Source of the DNA: Dehalococcoidia bacterium
GTDB lineage: Bacteria > Chloroflexota > Dehalococcoidia > Lucifugimonadales > UBA3495
Reading direction: 5' to 3'
DNA length: 64,000 nt
Assembly (NCBI GenBank): GCA_030740155.1
Contig: JASLXV010000020.1
Coordinates: 15,994-79,993, forward strand
Part shown: positions 19,884 to 28,833 of the stretch, one piece after another
Numbering within the stretch: position 1 is the stretch's first letter
Layout: every line of letters starts with the position of its first letter
The notes under the pieces: generated by a model
Told to the model about the DNA's origin: nothing
Database searches by the model: none
What the model saw: only the letters and a program-made list of their open reading frames with translations
Program-made: the position numbers and the translations under genes

Positions 19884-21974
19884 TTGAGCAACTATCGCGT
19901 TGGCGGCGATGTAGGCGGGACCTTCACCGACGTTGTTCTGGCCGGTGAGGATGGGTCACTGGCAATCAAAAAGGTGCTATCAACCCCCGGCCATTTCGAA
20001 CTGGCCATGGTGGACGGGGTGGCCGATTTGCTGAAAGAGCACGGCGTGAACCCCAAGCAGGTGAACGAGGTGCTGCACGGCACCACCGCTGCCACCAACG
20101 CCGTGCTCCAGCGTCTCGGCGCCGTGACCGGGCTCATGACCACCAAGGGCTTCCGCGACGTGCTGGAGCTGCGGCGCCTGCGCATGCCCAACATCTACGA
20201 CATCTTCTGGGACAAGCCCGCTCCCCTGGCGCCCCGCAACCTGTGCCGCGAGGTCACGGAGCGCCTGAACGGCAAGGGAGAGGTGCTGACGGGGCTGGAC
20301 CTGGATGAGGTGCGGCAGGTGGTGCGCTCGATGCTGGAGGATGGGGTCACCTCCCTGGCGGTGTGCCTCTTGCACTCCTACATCAACCCCGTCCACGAAC
20401 GGGAAATCGCCGAGATGGTGCGCCGCGAGTTCCCCGACTTGTATCTGAGCGTCTCCTCCGAGGTGCTGCCGGAGATCAGGGAGTACGAGCGGACCTCGAC
20501 CGTGGTGACCAATGCCTACATCATGCCGGTCATGGCCTCTTATCTGCGCTCCATGACCCAGCAACTCGACCGGATGGGCGTCCGGGCCCCGCTCCTCATC
20601 GTGAAGTCCTCCGGCGGCATGATGACGGCAAGAATGGCGGAGCAGGCGCCCATTCACTCGCTGGAATCGGGGCCCGCCGCGGGGGTCCAGGCATCGTTGG
20701 CGCTGGCGCGCCGTCTGGGTATCAAGGACGTGGTGACCCTGGACATGGGAGGGACCACGGCCAAGGGGTCCTTGATCGAGAACGGCGAGGCCCATCGCGC
20801 CAGCGAGTACGAGGTCGGAGCGCCCATTTCCACGTCGTCCCGCCTCTTGAAGGGCGGAGGGTATCTGCTGCGGATCCGGGCTATCGACCTTGCCGAGGTG
20901 GGCGCGGGAGGCGGCAGCATCGTCGCCATCGATAGCGGAGGCTCACTCCAGGTAGGGCCCCGGTCGGCCGGGGCGGTCCCAGGACCCGTCTGCTACGACG
21001 GCGGTGGTGATCAGCCCACCGTCACCGATGCCAACCTGGTCCTGGGTTACCTGAACCAGGAGTATCTGTTGGGCGGTTCTCTCAAGGTAAACCGGGAGAA
21101 GGCCCATCGCATCTTGGACGAAACCGTGGCCAAGCCCCTTGGTCTGCCCCTGCTGGAGGCAGCCTACGCTGTTCACATGGTCTCCAACGCCACCATGGCC
21201 CGCATCATCCGGGCCGTGACCACGGAGCGGGGGCGCGACATTCGCAATTTCGACCTGATCGCCTTCGGGGGCAACGGACCGGTCCACGCCGCGGAGTTGG
21301 CCCGCTCCCTGGGCATCAGGCGCATCATCGTCCCGCCGGTGCCGGGCCTCTTCAGCGCCCTGGGGCTTCTGGTTTCGCCGCTGGAGCAGGAGGAGGTACA
21401 GACGATAATGCGTCCCACAAGCTCCATGAACGACGCCGATCTGGAGCGGCTTTACGCCGGCCTAGAGGAGCGGGTGGCGGCGGCGCTTCAGGCCGAAGGC
21501 GTGGACCTGAGTAAGGTGGAGTATAGCCCCATGGCGGACATGCGCTCCATCGATCAAGCCCACGAACTGACGGTGGCGGCGCCCGCGGGGTCATCCGACG
21601 GCCATCGAATCGAGGCACTGGAAGAGTCGTTCTGGCAGGAGCATCTGCGGAGTTTCGGGCACAGATCGGATCAAGACCCCACCGAAATAGTAAACGTCCG
21701 GCTGGCGGCAAGGTACGCGACGGCCCGGGAAGACCACAACGTTAGCGTGGAATCCCTCAAGGCCCTGTATCGCACGTCGCCGGGCAAGACCGCCCGACTC
21801 GCCTACTTCGGCCGGGAGTCGGGATCAATGGAGACGCCAGTGGTCGCCCGGCTGGACCTTACCGAGCGCGCTACACCGGGGCCGTTGATCGTAGAAGAGT
21901 ACGACACCACCGTGATGGTGCCTCCGGGCTTCAGCGTCCGGCGTGACCCCCTGGGCAATCTTCTTCTAGAATAG
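19884..21974 (+). CDS. hyuA: Hydantoinase A / oxoprolinase ATP-binding subunit (second paralogue)
   Basis: GGDVGGTFTD, HGTTAATNA, ESGPAAG, DMGGTTAK, GGNGPVHA; probable TTG start after GGAG. Confidence 0.9.
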   Translation: MSNYRVGGDVGGTFTDVVLAGEDGSLAIKKVLSTPGHFELAMVDGVADLLKEHGVNPKQVNEVLHGTTAATNAVLQRLGAVTGLMTTKGFRDVLELRRLRMPNIYDIFWDKPAPLAPRNLCREVTERLNGKGEVLTGLDLDEVRQVVRSMLEDGVTSLAVCLLHSYINPVHEREIAEMVRREFPDLYLSVSSEVLPEIREYERTSTVVTNAYIMPVMASYLRSMTQQLDRMGVRAPLLIVKSSGGMMTARMAEQAPIHSLESGPAAGVQASLALARRLGIKDVVTLDMGGTTAKGSLIENGEAHRASEYEVGAPISTSSRLLKGGGYLLRIRAIDLAEVGAGGGSIVAIDSGGSLQVGPRSAGAVPGPVCYDGGGDQPTVTDANLVLGYLNQEYLLGGSLKVNREKAHRILDETVAKPLGLPLLEAAYAVHMVSNATMARIIRAVTTERGRDIRNFDLIAFGGNGPVHAAELARSLGIRRIIVPPVPGLFSALGLLVSPLEQEEVQTIMRPTSSMNDADLERLYAGLEERVAAALQAEGVDLSKVEYSPMADMRSIDQAHELTVAAPAGSSDGHRIEALEESFWQEHLRSFGHRSDQDPTEIVNVRLAARYATAREDHNVSVESLKALYRTSPGKTARLAYFGRESGSMETPVVARLDLTERATPGPLIVEEYDTTVMVPPGFSVRRDPLGNLLLE

Positions 21975-22091
21975 CAACACGCCCTCGTTTTTATGAAGAA
22001 AGCCGAGTCTCGGACTCAAAAGCAGCCGCCCGGGCGGCTTCGGGACCAATAAGCTCACAGACGCTTTCGCAGCGGAAACCGAGGAGAAGCG

Positions 22092-23804
22092 ATGCAGATC
22101 GATGTCATCACCTTCGAGGTCTTGAAGAATAACCTGGCGTCCATCACCGACGAAATGATGTTCACTCTTCAGCGTACGGGCCACTCGCCGACCACGACCC
22201 AAGCGTTCGACTTTTCAGTAGCGATTTGTGACCCACAGGGGCGCATGCTGGTTCAGGGCTTGGCCGTGGCCGGACACATGGGCAGCATCCCGGCCGCGGT
22301 TGGGGCCTGTGTGTCTAAGTTCGGCGAGGAAGTCCGTGACGGCGATATCTTCCTCCTGAACGATCCGTATGAGGGCGGGATGCATCTGCCGGACGTCTTC
22401 GTCATCAAGCCCATGTTTTCCGATGGCGACCTCGTGGCGTACACCTGCTCGGTGGTGCACCACACCGACATGGGCGGACGGGCCCCGGGTTCCATGGCCC
22501 ACGACTCCACCGAGATCTACCAGGAAGGGCTGCGGCTGCCGCCGGTACGATTCTACGAGCAGGGCCGGGTGAACCCGACGCTGGTCGACATTATCACCAA
22601 GAACGTGCGGATTCCGGATCAGGTGCTGGGCGACCTGCGGTCCGAAGTGGCCGCGTGCCACATCGGGGAGGATCGGCTTCGGGAGATCCTCGAGACTTTC
22701 GGCCGCGAGGAGTTGATGTTCTATTTCGATGCCCTCATGGACTACTCCGAGCGCATCGCCCGTTCCATAATCGCCACCTGGCCCGACGGTACCTACACCT
22801 TCACCGACTACCTGGACGACGATGGGGTGGACCCCGACCCCATTCCGCTGACGGTTGCCGTCACCATTCACGGCGACTCCCTCACCGCGGACTACACGGG
22901 CTCCGCGCCCCAGGTCCGCGGGGCGATCAACTGCACCCCAGCCTGGACGGAAGCCTGGACCTACGCCGCGGTGCGGGCCGCCCTGGGGGTGGACATCCCC
23001 AACAACGACGGCTATTTCAGGCCCATCGAGGTTATCTCCCCCAAAGGATCGATCCTCAATATGCGGCACCCCGCCCCCTGCGCCGCCCGCGGCATGACCG
23101 GCCACCGTATTCAGGATGCCATGTTCGGGGCCCTGTCCCAGGCCATTCCCGGCCAGATCCCGGCAGCCTCCCAGGGGGGCACCTCCACCGGCCGCTTCGG
23201 GGTGTACGGGCCCGACGGCAAGGCCAATGTGTTCTACGATAATGTCTACGGTACCCGGGGAGCCACGCCGCGCAACGACGGTCCCGACGGGCTGGCGGAA
23301 ACGGGGGGCAACCTCAGCAACGTCTCCATCGAGGTGGAAGAGATTTCATTCCCCCTCCGGGTCCGCCGTTACGGCCTGGTGCCCGACTCCGGGGGCCCCG
23401 GCCGTTTCCGGGGAGGGCTGAGCATTCTGCGGGAATGGGAGGTCCTGGCGCCGGAGATGGCGGTGACTTTCCGCTCGGACCGGCGGAAGTTCCAGCCCTA
23501 CGGCCTCCATGGCGGCAAGGCGGGGCAGCCCAGCGAAAGCTACCTGAACCCGGATGATGGCAACCCGATGCTGCCCTCCAAGATCAACCAGCGCTTCAAG
23601 CAGAGCGACGTCTTCCTCCACATCACGCCCTCGGGCGGCGGTTGGGGTGACCCCATGAGTCGTGACCCGCAGAGTGTGCTGGCCGACTGGCGCCTGAAGA
23701 AGGTGACGGCGGCTCACGTCCGGGATGCCTATGGCGTAGCCATCGACGAGGAGAACTGTTGCGTTGACGAGGCTGCCACCGCCGCATTGCGGAAGGGCGC
23801 ATAG
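22092..23804 (+). CDS. hyuB: Hydantoinase B / oxoprolinase B subunit (second paralogue)
   Basis: NDPYEGGMHLPD, HHTDMGG, EIYQEGL, PGRFRGG, TPSGGGWGDP. Confidence 0.9.
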   Translation: MQIDVITFEVLKNNLASITDEMMFTLQRTGHSPTTTQAFDFSVAICDPQGRMLVQGLAVAGHMGSIPAAVGACVSKFGEEVRDGDIFLLNDPYEGGMHLPDVFVIKPMFSDGDLVAYTCSVVHHTDMGGRAPGSMAHDSTEIYQEGLRLPPVRFYEQGRVNPTLVDIITKNVRIPDQVLGDLRSEVAACHIGEDRLREILETFGREELMFYFDALMDYSERIARSIIATWPDGTYTFTDYLDDDGVDPDPIPLTVAVTIHGDSLTADYTGSAPQVRGAINCTPAWTEAWTYAAVRAALGVDIPNNDGYFRPIEVISPKGSILNMRHPAPCAARGMTGHRIQDAMFGALSQAIPGQIPAASQGGTSTGRFGVYGPDGKANVFYDNVYGTRGATPRNDGPDGLAETGGNLSNVSIEVEEISFPLRVRRYGLVPDSGGPGRFRGGLSILREWEVLAPEMAVTFRSDRRKFQPYGLHGGKAGQPSESYLNPDDGNPMLPSKINQRFKQSDVFLHITPSGGGWGDPMSRDPQSVLADWRLKKVTAAHVRDAYGVAIDEENCCVDEAATAALRKGA

Positions 23805-23840
23805 ATTTCCTCAGAGCATTATCAGGAGACCTCTCCGGGA

Positions 23841-24118
23841 CTTGAGCGGGCACTCCGGTGTGGGGGCGCAGTATATTGCGCCCCTACGGCGACATTAATC
23901 CGGACGCGCAATGGTTGGTGCCCCTACCCTGACATTTTCGTAACTTGGGCGGGCACCGTGGTGTGGGGGCGCAATATATTGCGCCCCTACGGTGAAATTA
24001 ACCCAGGCGCGCAATGTTTGGCGCCCCTACCGTGATATTTTCGGAATTTGGGCGGGTATCCTGGTGTTGAGGCGCAATATATCGCGCCCCAACGGTGGCA
24101 TTAATCCAGACGCGCGAT
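23841..24118. repeat. Tandem array of ~2.7 x 103-bp units containing GTAG-type REP palindromes (BIME-like)
   Basis: Units start at 23841, 23944 and 24047. Each has GGGGCGCAATATATTGCGCCCC-TAC or a variant, plus a degenerate second REP; lies between convergent genes. Confidence 0.85.
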
Positions 24119-24198
24119 CGCCAAACACCTCTCCTGAAGCGGCATTCGGAAGGGTTTCCCTGGCCCTTCCCGAGAACCTCCGGCCAGCGTTACCCGGC

Positions 24199-25572
24199 CT
24201 AGGCTGGGGGTTCGTCCAGGCCCAGGAGTTCGCGGTAGCCGCGGTCGTAGAAGGCCAGTTGCTCCGTGTCGACCTGCTCATCCAGCGTCGGCGGCTCCGG
24301 GCGCTGTAGGTCCTCGTATTGCGGGGCGGTCCCCAGGAGCCCCTCAGCCTGGTAGGCCTGGAGCTGGTCGTCATCCACCCCAAGAAGTTCGCCGAACACC
24401 CTCTGGTTGTGTTCTCCCAGGCTGGGGACGAAACGAATTTCGGGCCGGGCGCCGGAGAAGTGGTATGGCTGCCCTGGGTAGGGCCGCTTGCCCACGGCGC
24501 GCTCCGGGGGGTGGGTGAACCACTGGATGAACCCCCGCTCGCGCAGGTGCGGGTCGGTTACTAGGTCCCGGGCCATGGTCACGGGACCGGCGGGCACCCC
24601 GTGCTCCTGCAGCAGGTGCATGACCTCGTACTTCCTCCGCTGCCGGGTCCAGGCCGCAATGTGGCTATCCAGCAGTTCACGGTTCTGCCAGCGGGAAAGA
24701 GGGTCCATGTAGCGCTGATCCTGAGCCCATTCCGGCTGACCAAGGGCCCGGCAGAGTCCCTCCCACTGGGCGTCGCCGTCCACCGCGATGGCCACCCAGG
24801 TGTCCTCTTCGCGGCAGGGGTAGCAGCCGTGGGGGGCCAGGTGCGGGTGGCTGTTGCCCATCCGGCCCGGTAAGACCGACCCCATTTGCCGGGCCAGCAG
24901 GGCGGGACCGATGCAGTTCACCCCTGTCTCGAACATGGACATGTCGATCAGCGCTTCCCTGCCGGTGCGCCGCCGGTGGTGGAGCGCCATGAGAACTGCC
25001 AGGGCGTTGTTCCAGCCCGTGAGCAGGTCGTGGTAGGAGTCCTCGACGCCGACCGGACCTCCGGCCTCGAATCCGGCCAAGTCGTAGAGCCCGGAGAGGG
25101 GCTGCACCGTGCGTCCGAAGGCCCCCGCCTGGCGCCAGGGTCCCTGCTGACCGAATCCGGAGCTGCGCAGCACCACCAGGTCGGGCCTGATCTGGCGCAG
25201 GACATCGCGGCCCAGTCCCAGGCGCTCCAGCACGTCCGGACGGTGATTTTCCGCGAGCACGTCGCTCAGCGAGATGAGCCGCTTCAGCAGCTCCAATCCG
25301 TGGGGTTGTTGCAGGTCCAGGGTCACGCTCTGCTTGTTGCGCCCGCTGTAGTGGTGCCAGCCGGAGCGGTCCCAAAACCGCTGCCCCGGGTCGTTCTCCG
25401 GGAAGGGGCGAAAGCGGCGGGTGTCTAGCCGCGAGAGGCTTTCCACCCGGACAACCTCGGCGCCCATGTCGGCCAGGACCATCGTGGTCCAGGGAAGCTG
25501 AACTATGTTCTCCAGGGAGACCACGCGGATTCCCTCGAGGGGGAGCCGCCCGCCATTGCCGGTTTTCACCAT
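24199..25572 (-). CDS. Class III CoA-transferase (CaiB/BaiF), catalytic-type subunit
   Basis: PLEGIRV, LADMGAEVVRVE, RNKQSVTLDL, SGFGQQGP, catalytic Asp in SYHDLLTG, PSLGEHN. The longer ORF start runs into a repeat. Confidence 0.9.
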   Translation of the reverse strand: MVKTGNGGRLPLEGIRVVSLENIVQLPWTTMVLADMGAEVVRVESLSRLDTRRFRPFPENDPGQRFWDRSGWHHYSGRNKQSVTLDLQQPHGLELLKRLISLSDVLAENHRPDVLERLGLGRDVLRQIRPDLVVLRSSGFGQQGPWRQAGAFGRTVQPLSGLYDLAGFEAGGPVGVEDSYHDLLTGWNNALAVLMALHHRRRTGREALIDMSMFETGVNCIGPALLARQMGSVLPGRMGNSHPHLAPHGCYPCREEDTWVAIAVDGDAQWEGLCRALGQPEWAQDQRYMDPLSRWQNRELLDSHIAAWTRQRRKYEVMHLLQEHGVPAGPVTMARDLVTDPHLRERGFIQWFTHPPERAVGKRPYPGQPYHFSGARPEIRFVPSLGEHNQRVFGELLGVDDDQLQAYQAEGLLGTAPQYEDLQRPEPPTLDEQVDTEQLAFYDRGYRELLGLDEPPA

Positions 25573-25586
25573 GGTCTCGGTGAACG

Positions 25587-25633
25587 AAATCCCTCTAAGT
25601 CTCCCTTTACCGAAGGGAGACCGGCGGGAATCT
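25587..25633. repeat. CCCTTT-N-AAGGG palindromic repeat copy
   Basis: AATCCCTCTAAGTCTCCCTTTACCGAAGGGAGAC; same family as 8381. Confidence 0.65.
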
Positions 25634-25678
25634 TTTTGTCGCAAGATTTGAGAAGCTGTGAATAACCCGGGCAGAAAC

Positions 25679-26872
25679 TCATATGACCCTCAGATGCTGG
25701 AGCCGCACCAGCTCCTCATTAGTGTAACCCAGCTCCTCCCGGTAGACCTGGGAATTGTGCTGGCCAAGGAGAGGCGCCGGCCGTGCTTGGGGCTGATGAC
25801 CCTCGATCTGGAACCCGGGACCGGGGAGTTTAAACTGTCCGGCCACCGGGTGGTCAACCGCCGTCCAAAACTGGCGGGCTTCGAGCTGGGAACACTCCAG
25901 GACTTCGTCGATGGTCTGCGCCGGCCCGAGGACGATGCGCTCCTCCATTCCCTGATAGAACAGGTCCCACTTGCCGCGTTCCCGCAGCTTGGGCTCGACG
26001 ATGGCCCGGAGTTCCCGGTGGTGCTCGATCCGCCCCACGAGGCCCCCGAACCGCTCGTCCAACAACTCCGGGGCATCCAGAAGGACGGAGTACATCTCCC
26101 AGGGGTGGCCGCCGTCGCAGGTGAGGGCAACCCAGCCGTCTTTGCACTCCAGGAGGTCGCCGTCCATGACCCTCCGGTGGTAGCCCCGGCCCCGTTTCTG
26201 GATACTCCCGGTGTAGGTGTACATGGCCATGGACATCGGCGGCTCGCAGGCCAGGGCCTCCCACAGGGAGACATCGACGTGCTGGCCCTCGCCCGTGACC
26301 CGCTGGCCGGTGACCGCCAGCATGGCTGAAACCGCCGCCACCTTGCCGCCGTAGAGGGAGGCCTGCTCCCAGGGAACGTAGATGGGCGGCAGGTGAGGGT
26401 TGCCGTTCAGGTACATGAACCCGCCGATGGCCTGGAGGACGATGTCCGTCCCCTGGTAGCCGGCGTAGGGGCCGGTCCGCCCGAAGGGTGTTACCGATAC
26501 GTGGACGAGGCCCGGATGGTCGGCGGCGAGGGCCTCTGGCTGGATGTTCAGGTCGCTCGCCTGGGCTGTTGAACAGTCCTCGATGAGCAGGTCACAGCGG
26601 GAGAGTAGTTGACGCAGCAGGTTATGCCCCGTGGGCGTGGCCGCGTCCAGGGTGATGCCGCGCTTATTGGCATTCAGGAAAAGGAACCAGGGCGAGCGCT
26701 CAGGGTGGGGATCGTCGTCGGGAAAAGGACCCAGGCGGCGTGCCGGGTCGCCGGCCGGCGGCTCCACTTTGATCACATCGGCGCCCCAATCGGCCAAGGA
26801 CCGGGCCGCCCAGGCGCCGGCCATTCCCGAGCTTAGGTCCAGGACCCGAATATCGCTCAGTAGCTCATCCAC
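25679..26872 (-). CDS. Class III CoA-transferase subunit lacking the catalytic Asp (start approximate)
   Basis: IRVLDLS, LADWGADVIKVE, ANKRGITLD, TPFGRTGPY, APLLGQHN; the Asp position reads EQASLYGG. Confidence 0.85.
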   Translation of the reverse strand: MDELLSDIRVLDLSSGMAGAWAARSLADWGADVIKVEPPAGDPARRLGPFPDDDPHPERSPWFLFLNANKRGITLDAATPTGHNLLRQLLSRCDLLIEDCSTAQASDLNIQPEALAADHPGLVHVSVTPFGRTGPYAGYQGTDIVLQAIGGFMYLNGNPHLPPIYVPWEQASLYGGKVAAVSAMLAVTGQRVTGEGQHVDVSLWEALACEPPMSMAMYTYTGSIQKRGRGYHRRVMDGDLLECKDGWVALTCDGGHPWEMYSVLLDAPELLDERFGGLVGRIEHHRELRAIVEPKLRERGKWDLFYQGMEERIVLGPAQTIDEVLECSQLEARQFWTAVDHPVAGQFKLPGPGFQIEGHQPQARPAPLLGQHNSQVYREELGYTNEELVRLQHLRVI

Positions 26873-27117
26873 AGGGACCAGGATAGGTACGGGACCAAGC
26901 TGTGTCAATATTGGAATGGTTGCCGCGGCCTTGGGTGGAGCCTGGTTTGAGGATGCTCCGGCGTTTCGGCGCGTCGCCGGGCTCAGATTCAGACACCTGC
27001 TCCTGACCCTATGGAGCAATTGCGCGCACTTACTGCACGAAAGGTGAACGAGATGATAAACTCCCTCCAACTTGGAACGGGATCGTTCCCGCGAAGCGGC
27101 TGGAGCAGAGGAATGAG

Positions 27118-28323
27118 ATGAGAGTGGTGATCATCGGTGGATCGTTCGGCGGGATGACCACCGCCTACCAATTGCGGAGGCGCCTCGCCCCCGGCAAATG
27201 TGAGATACGCCTCATCTCCAGGGAAAGGCGGTTTGTTTTTGTTCCGTCACTTCCCTGGGTCGTCATGGGGTCGAAAACCCTGGATCAAATCTCTTTTGAC
27301 CTGGAAAGGCCCCTGGCGAGCAAGAAGATCGATTTCACCCACGCCACGGTACTGCGAGTCGACCCCCAGGCCCAGAAGGTCGTTACCGAGGGAGAGGAGT
27401 ACCCCTACGACTATCTGGTAATTGCCACCGGCCACCGCAGCGCCAACGAGGCAGTCCCCGGTCTCGGGCCGTTCGATGGCTCGGCACATTCGCCCATGTC
27501 GCCTCCGGAAGCGGAGGAGGCCAGGGAAGCCGTCAAGAGGTTGCTTGAAGATCCGGGCCCCATGGTGGTCGGTTGCGCCCCCGGCGCTAGTTGCCTCGGC
27601 CCGGCCTACGAATTCGCCTTCCAGATCGACCATCTGATGCGGAAGAGGAAGATCCGGCACCTGGCGCCCATGACCTTCCTCACGCCGGAGCCGTTCCTCG
27701 GGCACATGGGAGCCGGTGGCATGGGCCGGGCTCGGCAGTTCATTGAGGCAGAGTTCGAAGAGCGGTCCATCCGCTATCATACGTCGGCAGCCATCTCCAA
27801 GATCACCGATTCTTCGGTTGAGCTGGCCGATGGTCAAGTCTTCGAGTCGCGATTCTCCCTCATCATTCCACCACTGTCCGGGGTCGATGCCATGATCGCA
27901 TCTCCCGGCCTCGGCAACCCCAAAGGCTTCGTGCCGGTGGACCAGCACTACCGGCACCAGGAGTTTCCGAGCATCTACGCCGCCGGCGTTGCCGTCGCGT
28001 TTTCGCCGGTCGACGAGACCCCGGTGCCCGTGAATTTTCTCAAGACGGCACACATGACCGAGCAGATGGCTGAGGCCGTCGCGCACAACATCGCCGCGGA
28101 CGTAGAGGGCGGCGAGAAGAAATCTCGTCCCCTGTACGCCGAGTGCATTTTGGACATGGGAGATGGGGCGGTGCGCCTCAAGGTAAACCCGGTGCGGCCA
28201 CCGCGCAACGTCGCCGACATCTCCGAAGGCAAGCGATGGCTGTGGGCCAAGAGGTTCTTCGAGCGATACTACCTTTGGAAGGCCAAGCGGGGGAAAACCG
28301 TGTCCAGCGGCCTGGGTTGGTAA
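27118..28323 (+). CDS. sqr: Sulfide:quinone oxidoreductase-like flavoprotein
   Basis: GGSFGG FAD site, FVPSLPWV, YDYLVIATG, SCLGPAYE and ECILDMG (two active-site Cys), KTAHM, amphipathic WAKRFFERYYL C-terminus. Confidence 0.75.
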   Translation: MRVVIIGGSFGGMTTAYQLRRRLAPGKCEIRLISRERRFVFVPSLPWVVMGSKTLDQISFDLERPLASKKIDFTHATVLRVDPQAQKVVTEGEEYPYDYLVIATGHRSANEAVPGLGPFDGSAHSPMSPPEAEEAREAVKRLLEDPGPMVVGCAPGASCLGPAYEFAFQIDHLMRKRKIRHLAPMTFLTPEPFLGHMGAGGMGRARQFIEAEFEERSIRYHTSAAISKITDSSVELADGQVFESRFSLIIPPLSGVDAMIASPGLGNPKGFVPVDQHYRHQEFPSIYAAGVAVAFSPVDETPVPVNFLKTAHMTEQMAEAVAHNIAADVEGGEKKSRPLYAECILDMGDGAVRLKVNPVRPPRNVADISEGKRWLWAKRFFERYYLWKAKRGKTVSSGLGW

Positions 28324-28367
28324 ATGGGTAGGCTGAAACAAGTGCTAGTGGGGGAGGTTACCCATGG

Positions 28368-28631
28368 CTACGACAGAAGTTTGTCGTGGCCAGCATGCGA
28401 TCCAATCCAAAACCAATAAATAGAGTCAACCTACTGTAGCCCCAACGCCCGCCATCCTCGGCCTACTCGCACCGAATATATTGCGTCGGCCGGATGCACG
28501 AGCTTAAAGCGTAGACTGGGGTGATTCGGGTTCTCTTTCCAAAGGCCATAACTTCTGCTGGCTTGCTCTCCGACGTTGGCGGGCGATCTTCTAAAGCAAT
28601 CAATGAAGTCGTCAGTCGGGTACGAGTTCAC
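28368..28631 (-). pseudogene. RelE/ParE-like toxin with internal TAG
   Basis: NPNHPSLRFK..YSVRVGRGWRALG, then TAG at 28431-28433, then in-frame VDSIYWFWIGSHAGHDKLLS*, the typical family C-terminus. Confidence 0.8.
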
Positions 28632-28690
28632 AGCTCGTCAAATCCGATTCCCCTCACCCGGCCCGAGTGAACGTCCTCCCGTACTTTCCC
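28628..28690 (-). pseudogene. C-terminal remnant of the cognate antitoxin
   Basis: KVREDVHSGRVRGIGFDEL* overlaps the toxin start (GTGA); no plausible N-terminal part upstream. Confidence 0.5.
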
Positions 28691-28833
28691 ACCAGTCACA
28701 GGTGTCGCCGAGCGGCTGCTTTGGCAGGTCGAGCCTGGTGATGCCGCCCGCCCACATGGGGCGCCGTTAGCTGCCAAGCGTGATAAAATTGGCGCCACCG
28801 ACCCTGGCACCCACCCACGAAAAGGAGGACCCG

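Noticed and set aside
23841..24118. Possible CRISPR array
   Set aside because: The would-be spacers are themselves repeated with a 103-bp period, the repeats are degenerate REP palindromes, and no cas genes are present.
27040..27062. Rex-like site upstream of sqr (AGGTGAACGAGATGATAA)
   Set aside because: Too many mismatches to the consensus.
28431..28433. Pyrrolysine or amber read-through in the toxin gene
   Set aside because: No pyl genes in the window, TAG is used as a normal stop elsewhere, and the antitoxin is truncated; a nonsense mutation is simpler.
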